A stretch of 64,000 nucleotides of DNA from Chrysemys picta bellii (lineage: Eukaryota), in contig NC_088812.1 in NCBI RefSeq assembly GCF_011386835.1, positions 11,470,001-11,534,000 of the forward strand. Direction: 5' to 3'. The notes beneath the pieces are model-generated. The model was not told the origin of the DNA. It saw only the letters and a program-made list of their open reading frames with translations, and made no database searches. Below, piece by piece: positions 1 through 12,329 of the stretch. Position 1 is the stretch's first letter, and every line of letters starts with the position of its first letter. Both the position numbers and the translations under genes were made by a program.

Positions 1-724
1 TTTTTTAGCAGGTGTTTCCCTGAGCCGTGGCCGGTCAGAATCCCGTGGGGCTGGGTTCCCAGCCGGAGCTGGAGGGGACTGGCATGCGAAAGCCCCAGGG
101 TATTTTACATGCCCGTCTCCGCTGGCTCTGGGTATCCCCGGGCCCGAAAGCCGGAGCAGGGCGGCTGCCCTCAGCTATTGCTCATCTCTCGGTTCCGTTG
201 TGCCATAGCGCGGGGCGCTGCTGCCGCAGATGCTGTGGCGAGATAAGGCCGGGGGAAGCCATGAGGCGAGGAAAGCAACGAAACCGCATGGCTGGTGGGA
301 GGCCCCGTGAGGCCCCAGTGCGTCAGGGCAGGCGCCGTCATGGGGAGGTTCTGGGGGGGTCGGGGGGACTGACTCGCCCCAGAGGGGACCGTGCTGCAGG
401 GCGGCTCCTGGAGGGGCTGTCAGGCCGGGCGGCACAAGGGCCCCGCTCTGCACCCGCATGAGGCTGCCACCCACCTCCCACCCCATCTGTCTCCTGCGCT
501 CCCACCCAGCCCCAGCTGCACATTCCTCACTGCCCAGTCCTGCCCCTGGGGCCTGGGGCAGGGAGCCGGCTCTGTCTAATCCCCTGCACAGCTGCCTGTG
601 GGTCGAGGGCCGGGCACAATGGCTATGAATAGATCCCAGCCTGTGCACGTCTCTGGTGTGGGGGTGTGGAAGTGGGCGTGGGCTCTGCGTGACACCCTGT
701 ATGGGGCTAGTCTTGTGTGCATCC

Positions 725-750
725 GTGTGTGTGTGTGTGTGTGTGTGTGT
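725..750. repeat. (GT)13 microsatellite
   Basis: Seen directly. Confidence 0.95.
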
Positions 751-2249
751 ACATGGATGGGCTGGGGGAGGGCTGCTATCAGTGGGGGTGTTAAGGGAGA
801 GCAAACCCCCCCCCCAGCTCAGCAGTTCTCCCCCTCCAATTTCACTGGGCTTTAACACAGAGCCCGCCTGCAGCCAGAGCGTCAAAGAGCTCAGCATCCG
901 CCAGCTCCCATCTGCATGGGGGGGACTCGCCATTGACTCTGTGTACACGGCACGTCTAGCTGTGTGTGCGCCCCGGTGCGTGTACAAGGCAAGCGTGTCC
1001 TTGTGTCTCCAGCGGGCGCCGCTGAGCGTTTGGGGGCAGGCCGGGTGCCCGCGGAGCCGCTGGGGTGGGGGGGGGGGGCTGGGCCGGGCAGTGGGGTCTG
1101 TCTCCCAGCGGACTTGGGCGAGAGACAGAGAAAACAGGGGCGCGCCTGGGCCCGAGTCTCCCGAATACGAACAGGGGGATCTGAAGGAGGCTGAACCAAG
1201 GCCCGGCCCGTGCCCAGGCCCAGCCGTGCTGCCCGCAGCGCTGGCTGTTTACAAGGGCAGCTGGAGCTTCCAGCTCCAACCGCTGTGAGCAACCGGGCCC
1301 CAGGGCCTGCGGCTCGGGCAGGGGGTGGGCAGGCCGGGCCCCCCCCGTGGAGCAAAGGGCTGGGGGGTCTTTCGGAGCAGCCTCTGGCAGCCGCCTGGGG
1401 AGCTGAGGAGGGGGCGGTACCTTGGGCAGAGGGTAAAGGGCAGAGCGGGGAACTTAAACCAGGCAAAGAGAGAATGGGTCGGCAAGCGGGCCAGGGTCAC
1501 TAGGCACCTGACGCTACGTGAGGCCCTTTCCCTGCTCAAGGGCGGGCCCGTGGGCTGAGGAGAACGGCTGGTGGAGGTGGGTGGGGCCTCCCTGCCGGGC
1601 CGTATGGCTGAGTGCTCTGCTAGCATGCAGGTGACGGACGAGCGCACGGCTAGTGCACGCGGTGCGGGGCTGCAGGAGCAGGCACTGTGTGTGTTCGAAG
1701 GTGTTAGCCACTCCGAGCCTGTGACTTCCCCTCTCACAATACCCCAGCCCTCACCAGCCACAATAACCCACAACCCCGGGGCAGGCCCTACAGCACCTAT
1801 GGGCTCTAATCCTCACCCCTTCTCTGGAGCAGGTTCGGGTCACGGGCCCCATTGATAGAGGGCAAACAGGTGCAGAGGGGCGACTTGCCCATGGCTGCCC
1901 AGTGAGTCGGTGGCAGAGCTGGGGATAGGACCCAGGAATCCTGAGAGCAGCTGTAACATGCTGGTGGTGTGGGCGATGGCACTGCCCTCCCTGGCAGGCG
2001 ATGTCAAACCCACAGGGGTGCTGGTATGGGGCGGCACCATCTACTGGCTGCAGCCTGCAGGTGTCATAACCGCTGTGCTTCTGCCCTAGGTCAGGTAGCT
2101 GCAAACGGCTTCCCACCGAAGGATTTTTCTGTCTCGTTGAGCAGGTGAGGAAAGGTGAGCTGGCCGCCTGCTGCCAGGGAGCCATTCATCACCCAAAGCG
2201 CTTGCAGCATTGAACAGAGCTAGACCAGGATGTCTTTGCCCTGCACTGA

Positions 2250-2625
2250 GATGCAGCCACCTCTGGGGTGGGACACAGCAGCTGTTTAACTGCGACTTGA
2301 GACGCCAGTTTTAGGCCAGGAAGTGAAGGAGACAAGCTTGTGTCCAATTGAAACTGCAAAGGGAATTCAGGCCGCCGAATGGAATTAGCTGGATTGGAAT
2401 TTGGCAGCGTTCACGTCCCGCCTCCCTGTGCAATTAAATGCTCTGGGCTTTTGCCAGTCAGATGCTCAGGACCGTGGCTTTACATTCCAGTGCCCCCTAA
2501 CTGTGCATTAGGGCCTGGGTTCCTGCCCGGCTTAGAGGGCAGAGCCCTCCGACTGACTCAGCATCATTGGGTCTTCCTCAGAGGCCTCCTGTCCTAGCAC
2601 CGATCGTACGCTCAGCCTGGGGCGG
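2250..2625 (-). mobile_element. AmnSINE1-like fragment
   Basis: Recalled blocks gcagccacctctggggtgg, caggaagtgaag, tccaattgaaactgca and ggaatttggc, plus a degenerate reverse-complement 5S-like end near 2570-2610. Confidence 0.5.
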
Positions 2626-2871
2626 GGTCAGCTACCTTGGCAGAGAACAGAACCCATGTGTCTGTCCGGTCGAGCCTTTGTTCCATGGGCCGGGGGCTGC
2701 GGGATGGAGGCAGGCGCTGGGGGAGGGGACACCAAGGCACAGGAAATGCCGGGCTCTTGGCAGCCAAAAGAACTTGCTTCCTCTGTAACAGCCGTGGCTG
2801 CGAGGCGCGGAGGCAGCCTTCCTAGCAGGCGGTGGGGTTCCTGCAGCACGGGGCGGGTCCCTGGTGGGCAG

Positions 2872-2994
2872 CAGGGCGACCAGAGAGCAAATGTGAAAAA
2901 TCGAGATGAGGGTGGGGGGTAATAGGTGCCTATATAAGAGAAAGACCCAAATATCGGGATTGTCTCTATATAATTGGGACATCTGGTCACCCTA
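2872..2994 (-). mobile_element. Second copy of the TAGGGTGACCAG MITE
   Basis: Reverse-complement homolog of 28694-28816. Degenerate TSD GTGGGCAG / ATGGGTAG. Confidence 0.8.
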
Positions 2995-3019
2995 ATGGGT
3001 AGCCAGAGAGTGCGCCAGT

Positions 3020-3260
3020 AGGTGGAACTGGGGACTCCTGGGTTCTGTTCCCAGGTGCGGGAGGGAAGAGGGGGGCTAGCGGTTAGAGCAGGGGGGCTGG
3101 GAGCCAGGACTCCTGGGTTCCGTTCCCAGGTGCGGGAGGGGAGTAGTGTCTAGTGGTTAGATTGGGGAGAGGTAGGAGCCCGAACTCCGGCTCTGGGAGA
3201 GGAGTAGGGGCTAGGGGTTAGAGCAGGGGCGAGGCTGGGGATCAGGGCTGCTGGGTTCTG
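3020..3260 (+). mobile_element. Tandem (~3x, ~76 bp) tRNA-like SINE units; further multimers at ~16156-16295, ~36890-37020, ~37255-37385, ~43770-43940
   Basis: Repeated tagtggttagagcagggg...gggagccaggactcctgggttc, with A- and B-box-like motifs. Confidence 0.7.
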
Positions 3261-4538
3261 TCAGCATAGATGTCCTGTGTGATGTTAAACAAGCCCCTCA
3301 CCCGTGGGCCCAGCTGCCATGGGGGTGCTGGGGCCAGGAAGCCGTGCTTTGCAAAGCAGTTGTTTGCTCGCTGGATGCAGGAGGGGCTGCAGTGCATTAT
3401 GGGACAGCTCGTGCCCTCGCTCACCTCAGCACGTCTCGTGACCCCAGCGAGCGGAACCCGGCCCTGGCTGATTGAGCAGCCCCCATGCTCGGTGCCCTCC
3501 GACAGCAGCTCCCTGGGCGGGTGCAAACACCCGTCTTACCCCGCCCAGCCGGATGCTCCATTTATTTGGGGTTTGTTACTGGCTCTCCTCCCCCCCAAAT
3601 CCGGGTGTCTAGGAGGCAACAGGCGGCTCTGCCTGGAGCGAGGCTGATGGGGTGTCCCATCTCCTGAGGCCACGGCTGGAACTTGTGGAGCGTTTTTCTG
3701 GGCCTTCTCCAGGCCCTTTTCCTGTCTTGCTTCCTCTGGGATCTTGCAAAATATTCTGAAGGAGGTTCCCACCCCTGCGCCTTTCCTGCTGCAGGACGGC
3801 CCAGTCCTCCAAGGGGCTGCAGCCAACGGGAATCCGAGGGGCTGGGTTTGCTAAAAATGTCTGTAAAGCACTTTGGAGCCGGAATGCCTGTTCTTTGTGT
3901 AGCGAGGATTGGGGGCGGGGGGGGGACGACGACAAGTTTCTTTGCTTTAGTCCAGGAAACGTCCTCCCTGAGCATCTCCGCGCTGTCATTCCTGGTAATG
4001 CGGGAGTTAGGAAATCAGAATGCCCTGGTTTCCCCCAAGCACCGCACAGAGCCAGTGCTGACTGGAGGGAGAGCGCCCCCGCCCCACCTCCTGCAGTGCG
4101 TGAGATGGGGGGGAAGGGGAAGCTGGACCCCGTAGAAAGGCCCAGCTGGGCATGGCCCAGTACTACAGACACAAAGCCCCGCAGACACTGGGAAGGTTCT
4201 GAGCCGGGTCCCAGATTCCCAGTCCGCAGCACTGGACTCTGTGCTCAGAGCCCAGGGGGTGCTGGATTGGGCGCGGGGGGCGCGGGGGCGGGGGGTGGAG
4301 AGCCGGCATCTGGCCCCATCTAGTGGAGAAAGTGGAGGTGACATGAGGGCCTTGAACCAGCTGAGGGGCTGGGATGGGTGCAGATCAGGCCTCTCCTTGG
4401 ACCTTCTGAACCGGGGACGGGAAATCTCACAAGCTCAGGCCTCCTGATGCCTCTGCCTGCACCGGTGCCAAGGGACTGGCCGGCCCCCGTGTACTGTACC
4501 ATGGAGAAATGTGCAGGTTTGGTCCTCCTGGTCCCATT

Positions 4539-5053
4539 CGCCGGACGGCTCCGTGCAGCGCTGGGCGGTCGCCGGACGGCTCCGTGCAGCGCTGGGCGGT
4601 CGCCGGACGGCTCCGTGCAGTGCTAGGCGGTCGCCGGACGGCTCTGTGCAGCGCTGGGCGATTGCTGGAGGCTCCGTGCAGCGCTGGTCGGTCGCCAGAC
4701 GGCTCTGTGCAGCGTTGGGTGGTCGCCGGACGGCTCCGTGCAGCGCTGGGCGGTCGCCGGACGGCTCTGTGCAGTGTTGGGTGGTCGCCGGATGGTTCTG
4801 TGCAGCGCTGGGCGGTCGCCGGACGGCTCCATGCAGCGCTGGGCGGTCGCCGGATGGTTCTGTGCAGCGCTGGGCGGTCGCCGGACGGCTCCGTGCAGTG
4901 TGGTCGCTGGACGGCTCCGTGCAGCGCTGGGCGGTCGCCGGACGGCTCTGTGCAGTGCTGGGCGGTCGCCGGAAGGCTCCGTGCAGCATTGGATGGTCGC
5001 CGGACGGCTCCGTGCAGCGCTGGGCGGTCGCCGGATGGTTCTGTGCAGTGCTA
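4539..5053. repeat. 31-bp CpG-rich minisatellite, ~16-17 copies
   Basis: Unit CGCCGGACGGCTCCGTGCAGCGCTGGGCGGT. The period was measured at 4541 to 4572. Confidence 0.95.
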
Positions 5054-6749
5054 GGCTGCTCTGAAGCGCCCATCTCTGAGACAAGGCATCACCTCCACCC
5101 CCAAGTCTCGGAAGAGGGCTGCTCCAAGGCCTTGCCAGAGGGCTGCAGGTGTGTCCCTGTTTTTTCCTTCCAATTGCCCCAATTAATCACTTAAAAGGAA
5201 ATGGACGGAAGCCCTCAGTGAGCGCTGGGGTCTTCTCGATGCGCCTGCTGCAGTGGGAGAGGGGGCTGGGGTCATGGGGGGCTCCCGCCTCGCCCCCCAG
5301 CACTGCTCACTCAGTCCCGGGACAGCGGGCAGGTTCTGCCAGCACCAAGAGGGGCAGAAGCTGAAGGCAGTGGGGCAGCACAGGCTAACCGAGGAGGCGT
5401 CAGGCCCCAGGGTCCGTTGTCACGGGTGATGCTGCACCCCTCGAACAAGCCCAGCTGTAAGTGCAGGGCCGGCTGCTCCCTTCGCCTTTTCCCCCTGTAC
5501 ATCGAGCAGATTTGGACCCCAGCTCATTTCTGTTTGGAGCAGCCCCAGCCTTCAAGGATCAGGCCCGACGCCCCCTGGAAATCAATACACCAAATAAACA
5601 GCTCTGAGTTAAACGCTGACTCTGCCCACGAGAGGGCATCGCAGTCTCACAGTACAGGGCCGGCTGCCCTGCCGCACTCTGGGCTCCTTGGCCCCAGGGG
5701 GAGGGATGGGAGGGGGCTCTGTGCCCCAGTGCAACCCGCTGGTGCAGAGGTGCTGTGCTGGGGTGAGCTGCACCGGCGGCACCTCTGCACGAGGGGTTTG
5801 CACCCGTCCAGCGGGTGCACTGGCAGCCCTACGCTTGGCCCCTTGGCTTTTGTTCCAGCCGCCTCCACTACCAGAGGGCATCACAGGGGTCTGTGAGTCG
5901 AATACAGCCATGGGGGAGAGGGGCGGGGGGTGTTGGAGCGTACGTCACTGCAGCCCCGTCTCCATCCTCCACCGCGGCCACCCTTCTCTCCCTGCCCAGA
6001 CGTGCTCTCCAGAGCTGCACTGCCCCGTCCCAGCAGATATGCCCCGAGGGGGCTGGCCGGCCCTTTCACCCAGTCCTGGCTCGGGGTGGGGGGGGAGAAG
6101 AGAGGAGGGGGTAACACGGTGGGTCCCTACAGAAACTCCCCCGTTCTTCCCCCAGGAACTGGCCTCCTGCCTCAGCTTCCCCTGCGGCTGCCTGAGTGTG
6201 ACATTGCAGGCCGGTGGCCCCCTCCCAGCCCGTGAGCTGAGCAGGGTGAAGGGCTGTGGATATGCACGCGAGTGTGTGTGCGAGAGAGGCTGTGTGTGCA
6301 CGCGCACACCCCTGTGGGAGTCGCTCTGTGTGTGTCGGAGCATGGGCTCAGGGCAGCTCTTACGGCTTGTACTGGTTCCAAAACGACTGTGTGGCTGGAC
6401 ATTTATGGTATGGGTTACGGGTACGTTCTTCTCACAGTCAAGGGCACAGCTAAATCCAGAGCCAGTCATTTCCCTGCCAAGACTCCCAGCAGAACCCGCC
6501 GGCTGGCACCGAGCAGCAGACCCAGCAGTGGCAGCTCCCCCCGCGCCAGATACCTTTCTGATGACACTGCACCCCTTCGAAACAGGGCTTTTCCATGGAA
6601 ATTTCCCTTCGGAGCAGGTGACCTGTCACGTTAAGGGGATGGGCTTTTATTAGACGGGATTTCGGATCAGGCAACGCGCTGATGCAAAGTGTAATTTGGC
6701 TGCCTCCTGCCCAACCCCTTCCCCGGTCACAGGCAGCGTTGGCTGAGCG

Positions 6750-7881
6750 GTTAGAACAGGGGACGCAGGACTCCTGGGGTCCAGCCCAGCCCTGGAGGGA
6801 GTGGGGTGCAGTAGTTAGATCAGGGACGGATCGGGGTGCAGGACTCCTGGGGTCCAGCCCAGCCCTGGAGGGAGTGGGGTGCAGTAGTTAGATTAGGGAC
6901 GGATCGGGGTGCAGGACTCCTGGGGTCTAGCCCAGCCCTGGAGGGAGTGGGGTGCAGTAGTTAGATCGGGGACGGATCAGGGTGCAGGATTCCTGGGGTC
7001 CAGCCCAGCCCTGGAGGGAGTGGGGTGCAGTAGTTAGATTGGGGACGGATCGGGGTGCAGGACTCCTGGGGTCTAGCCCAGCCCTGGAGGGAGTGGGGTG
7101 CAGTAGTTAGATCAGGGACGGATCGGGGTGCAGGACTCCTGGGGTCCAGCCCAGCCCTGGAGGGAGAAGGGTGTAGTAGTTAGATCAGGGACGGATTGGG
7201 GTGCAGGACTCCTGGGGTCTAGCCCAGCCCTGGAGGGAGTGGGGTGCAGTAGTTAGATCGGGGACGGATCAGGGTGCAGGATTCCTGGGGTCCAGCCCAG
7301 CCCTGGAGGGAGTGGGGTGCAGTAGTTAGATTGGGGACGGATCGGGGTGCAGGACTCCTGGGGTCTAGCCCAGCCCTGGAGGGAGTGGGGTGCAGTAGTT
7401 AGATCAGGGACGGATCAGGGTGCAGGATTCCTGGGGTCCAGCCCAGCCCTGGAGGGAGTGGGGTGCAGTAGTTAGATTGGGGATGGATCGGGGTGCAGGA
7501 CTCCTGGGGTCTAGCCCCTGCCCTGGAGGGAGTGGGGTGCAGTAGTTAGATCAGGGACGGATCGGGGTGCAGGACTCCTGGGGTCCAGCCCAGCCCTGGA
7601 GGGAGAGGGGTGTAGTAGTTAGATCAGGGACGGATTGGGGTGCAGGACTCCTGGGGTCCAGCCCAGCCCTGGAGGGAGAGGGGTGCAGTAGTTGGATCGG
7701 GGTGCAGGACTCCTGGGGTCCAGCCCCAGCCCTGGAGGGAGTGGGGTGTAGTAGTTAGATCAGGGATGGATCAGGGTGCAGGACTCCTGGGGTCCAGCCC
7801 AGCCCTGGAGGGAGAGGGGTGCAGTAGTTGGATCGGGGTGCAGGACTCCTGGGGTCCAGCCCAGCCCTGGAGGGAGAGGGG
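6750..7881. repeat. 73-bp minisatellite, ~15 copies, SINE-derived
   Basis: CAGGACTCC recurs at 6766, 6839, 6912 and onward. Confidence 0.95.
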
Positions 7882-10587
7882 CCAAGTGGAAGGCAATAGG
7901 ACTGGAATTCAGGCTTTCTCTGGGTTCTGCTCCTTGCTGTTCCACCGACTCACTGCTTGACCTTGCAAGTAACCTTGCGTCAGCAGCCCCACCTGTGATG
8001 CACCAATACTCTCCCCTGCCTCGCGGGCGGGGCTGGTGGGTGGGAGGTTAATTCATTCCGATCAATGAATGGGTTCACCAGGTACCTGCAGAGCTCCTGG
8101 TACAGGCGGGGCTGGAGCTGTTACTGTGAGAGTCTTGCAGGTGCAGCGTCACCAGTCTGCCAGCTGCAGCCCTGGATGCACGTGGGGAGTTGAACCCTGT
8201 GTGCTGGGACACTGGCAGGCAGGAAGGGCTGTGTGTGTGTCGGGGCGATACCCAGAAGGGGAAGCTGGAGCAGTGAGGTAGAGGTGGGAGGGAGGCGGAG
8301 CAGCCGCAGAGCCAAGAGGGGCCCGTGCACCAGACAGAAGCCCCTGCCCTCGCGTGGAGTGGGGGGGTGCCGGCCAGCTCTGTGCTCATAAAGGACCTTT
8401 GTGATCTGGGAGTAGCAGCACATTGGCGCTAAAGGGTTAATGGGCTAGGGGGCGTGGCTCCGAACCTGGTGGCGATGGCAGTGCCCTTGGGGGTGTTCAG
8501 CAAAGAGCCAGCCCCCTCCCCGTGGTGCCCCACCCACCCCAGGGCCAGAGGCAGCAGGAGGGTCCCAGGAGCAGGACAGGTCGGTACCAGCAGCCACCGG
8601 ACCCCAGCCATTAGCACATGGGTGAGGCCGGGCGTGCTGCCCTCCCATCACACGCTGGGACTGCAGGTGAGTTGTGGGCCGAGGGTGGCCCGTGGCTCAC
8701 CGGGGCTGTGGCTGCGGTAGCAATCCGAGCTGGGTGCGCCCGCTCCGTGTGTGGTCACGCGGGACAGCGACAAAGGCAGTTCGAAGCCCAAGAACCAGCC
8801 TTTAGAAAAACCCCTGATGCGGCCCAGGGATTCCTGCTCAGTGCCCCCAATGCTGGGTCAGGACCCCATGGTCTGTTCCCCTGCAGCAGGCCATGTTAGG
8901 AAATCATGGCACATCGCCCCCATACCCCAGCATGCCCCCCTTCCTCAGGCCCAGCTGGACCCGGAATGCCCCCTGTCCAGGGCTGGCCTTCACCCAGCAG
9001 CAGGGGCACCTGTGCTGGGGCATCCCCAGTGTGAATAGCCCTGCCCCTGGCAATCAACATCTCCAGTGTCTCGGCATTGGGACCCAGGCATCTCCCTGCA
9101 CCCAGCCCGTTCCCACCCCACGGAGCTGAACGTCCAAGCTAGAGGGACCCCAAGGTGGGGGGTTATGTGGTTGGCAGTGGTGTGGACAATCCCGTTCTCA
9201 GCGGCTCCCTGGCCCCTCACAAGGAGATGGGCATGGCTGGGCCCTTGGCATGGCACCTTGGGAACGCCCCTCTGTCCCACACAAAGGGCCTCCAGGCTCC
9301 CCAGCTTGGAGAACCCGTAATTACAGACAAATATAGGCCCATGTCCATGGAGATGGCGCCAGGAGCCACGGTGCCTCCTGAACTGGCCAGGGAGTGCAGA
9401 GCTCTGGGCAGGATGCTAGGCCGCGGGCAGCCCTGTAATCAGCCTGGCGTTCTCTTCCCTGGGCACAGCCGCCTCCAGCCCTTTCTGTCTTTTAATTATG
9501 AAACGTCTCCCAAGGTAATTTGGGGGCTGGTGGAACAGGCCGGCCTGGCGGTCGGGGAGAACGGTGTCCTCGGGGATGGGCTCCCCCTAGCTCTCAGCCG
9601 CTGTGGCCCATTCAGCCCTTGGGCCCCTCCATGGGGGCTGTCAACAAAGAAGCCTGGGCTGAGACCATTCAAACTCATTGCACTGAAAGGGTCCTTGGCC
9701 AGTCCTGACCTGGCCTGGGTTGGAACAGGCGTTGTGAAAGCCAGGAGCTCCCTGTTCCAGCGACCGGCTCCCTGCACGCACAGCCCTGACCCCACAGGCC
9801 ACGTCCTCGGTTTGTCTGCAGTGATTTTAAACCAATGTCAGCAAACCGGGCCACCTCCCGTGTGGACGCTCTCCTTTTGGTTTAAATGAGGCTTATTTTC
9901 ATTGAACTCAAATCAGTTTGGAACTGGCTTAAGCTGAACCCGACAAAGCCCCTCCTGGAACCAAACTCAGAGCATCCACCCACTCTGGCACCAGTTTCAT
10001 ATTGGATTAAACTGGAGCAACTTCCGTGTGTAGCTGAGGCTGCCTTGCCCTGCACCTGGTGTAGTCTGAGCCCAGGGCAGGGCGAGGCGAGGTGAGGGCC
10101 CCGGACCCGCTCCCAGAGCAGAGCAGGGGCTTGTGATCGGTTTGCATCTCAAGGGTGGTGTTCTGCTGCAGCAAACGGGGTGTTTGTTCCCTTGGGGCGC
10201 AGGGGGGGCTGCTGGCCTGTGTCACCATAGGACTGAGCTGGACTATGGCAAACCGGATTGTAAGGTTTGGTTTATTAGCAGGAAACCCTACCTGTTCTGC
10301 TCTCACCTAGGAGATGGCTGGTTTCCTAGTAACTAGCCGGGACTGGAGATACAGTTAATCCATGCAACCTCAGGGACCCAGGGCAGGCTGCTACCGGCAC
10401 ATATTAACCCTTCGGGAGCTAGTGAGCTCTAGGATGGTGGGTCCCAATTCATGAGCCCCCCTTTCCCCCAAACATTAGCTGGTTTATTTTCTGGAGAGAA
10501 GCTGCCCCAAGTTTCTTATTAAATGAATGAATAAATAGACCCAAAGACAATGTGATTTAGGAGTCTCTGACCCCATCCCCACCCCAG

Positions 10588-10895
10588 CCTCTAGGTCACT
10601 GGTTCAAATCCAGCCTGGTTTGGTAGTGGCTGAAATGGGCTATTTTCTCATGGCTCATGAGTGCAATGAGTTTGATGAGTCTCAGACCAGTTCCTCGCAG
10701 AACAGGCGTGTCCACACCACTAAAGCCGCCCTCACCGGCACTGGCAATCCCCTCAGCGAGGCCAAGGACTGAATGGGCCAGGAAGAGGGCCCCTTAGGGC
10801 AGCAGCACACATGGGCAGTATGTGGCACTCCCGCCTGGAGCGTCCCTGGACAGAGGGTTTGGTCTCTGGCACTGCCCGTCCACCAGCTTTCTCCT
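10588..10895 (+). mobile_element. LF-SINE fragment
   Basis: Colinear recalled LF-SINE blocks: cctctaggtcactggttcaaatccagcc, gtctcagaccagttcct, gtgtccacacc, gaggccaaggactgaatggg. Confidence 0.7.
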
Positions 10896-11308
10896 GCACA
10901 CGTCTCACCGGGGTGTTCTGCAGAGCGGGGAATCTGGCAGGGGTCTGCCCAGCAGAAGCCTGGATTTGGGAGTAAAATATAAACCCAGCCTGAGCCCTCG
11001 GCAGCGGGCTGCACATGTGAGGGACAGATCGATTCCACGCAGGCCAGTGTGCATGGGGGGAATCTCCCTTTCATTCCTCCCTCCTGCAGGGGGACAGAGC
11101 TTCAGGAATTTTGCTTCTCAGGCATGTTTGGCCACAAAGTCCCTCCCCTCCAGGCACTTGTGCTGTGGCCGGGCTGCCAAGGGCTGCAGAGGCACGGCAA
11201 CTCGCCCGCACACCTTGGCCCCACGTGGCCACAGACATACACATCTATCACCTCCACGTGCACCCATCCACGCTCTTCCCCACAGCAACACACTCACACA
11301 CCCCACGC

Positions 11309-11741
11309 AGAATCATAGAATATCAGGGTTGGACGAGACCTCAGGGGGCATCTAGTCCAACCCCCTGCTCAAAGCAGGACCAACCTCAACTAACTCATCC
11401 CAGCCAGGGCTTTGTCAAGCCGGGCCTTAAACACCTCTAAGGATGGAGATTCCACCACCTCCCTAGGTAATGCATTCCAATGCTTCACCACCTTCCTAGT
11501 GAAATAGTTTTTCCTAATATCCAACCTGGACCTCCCCCACTGCAACGTGAGACCATTACTCCTTGTTCTGTCATCTGCCACCACTGAGAACAGCCGAGCT
11601 CCATCCTCTTTGGAACCCCCCTTCAGGTAGTTGAAGGCTGCTATCAAATCCCCCCTCACTCTTCTCTTCCGCAGACTAAATAACCCCAGTTCCCTCAGCC
11701 TCTCCTCATAAGTCATGTGCACCAGCCCCCTAATCATTTTT
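11309..11741 (-). mobile_element. 5'-truncated CR1 LINE (ORF2 C-terminus and 3' UTR), relatively young
   Basis: Stop-free [31 protein letters not shown]...[10 protein letters not shown]...[34 protein letters not shown] tail. Confidence 0.93.
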
Positions 11742-12329
11742 GCACACACACAGGCAGTTGCTCACTCACACACACGCATACCCCGGCCGGAGCTTCACCA
11801 GACTGTTTGCAACAGGACATTGTGTGGGGAAGATTGAATTCTTGGGATCAATTCTAGGAGTGAGAAGCCTCATTTTGACCATTAAACTGGGGTGGGTCTG
11901 AGCCATTAGGCAAGATATGGGGGGTGCTGGAGTTTTGGGGGACAGGCCTGGGGAGTTAGGGGTCCCCTGAGTTTTGAGGGTGAGTCTAGGGGTGCTCAGC
12001 TTGGGACAAACCTGATTTTGGAGGTTAATGTGGGGGGGACACAGCTCATGTTTTTGAGGTGAGCCTGGGCCACAGTGAAAAACAGGGAGTTGCACCTGCT
12101 CTGCTCTGGGAGAGCCCCAATGGGAGGTTGGGGGGGCCCTCACCCAACCCCCCTGGAAGCAAAGCAGTAAGACAGCTCTGTGTTAAACCCCCGTGTGAAT
12201 CCCAAGTAGCAGGAGAAAGACCCCGGCTGCCCCCCAGTGCACAGGGCTCCTCCAGCCTCTACCACTGCCCTGGGGTACTTTCTTCGCATCTGGCCCCAGG
12301 GGTGCTAGGGACTGGCGGGGGCTCCCCCA

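Noticed and set aside
1-2200. 3' exons of the upstream neighbour TAMALIN/GRASP or other coding ORFs
   Set aside because: No recognisable protein similarity. The ORFs are GC-rich chance frames, some crossing the (GT)n repeat.
4435-5194. Repeat ORFs and a CRISPR-like look of the 31-bp array
   Set aside because: The units are contiguous with no unique spacers, there are no cas genes, and the DNA is vertebrate.
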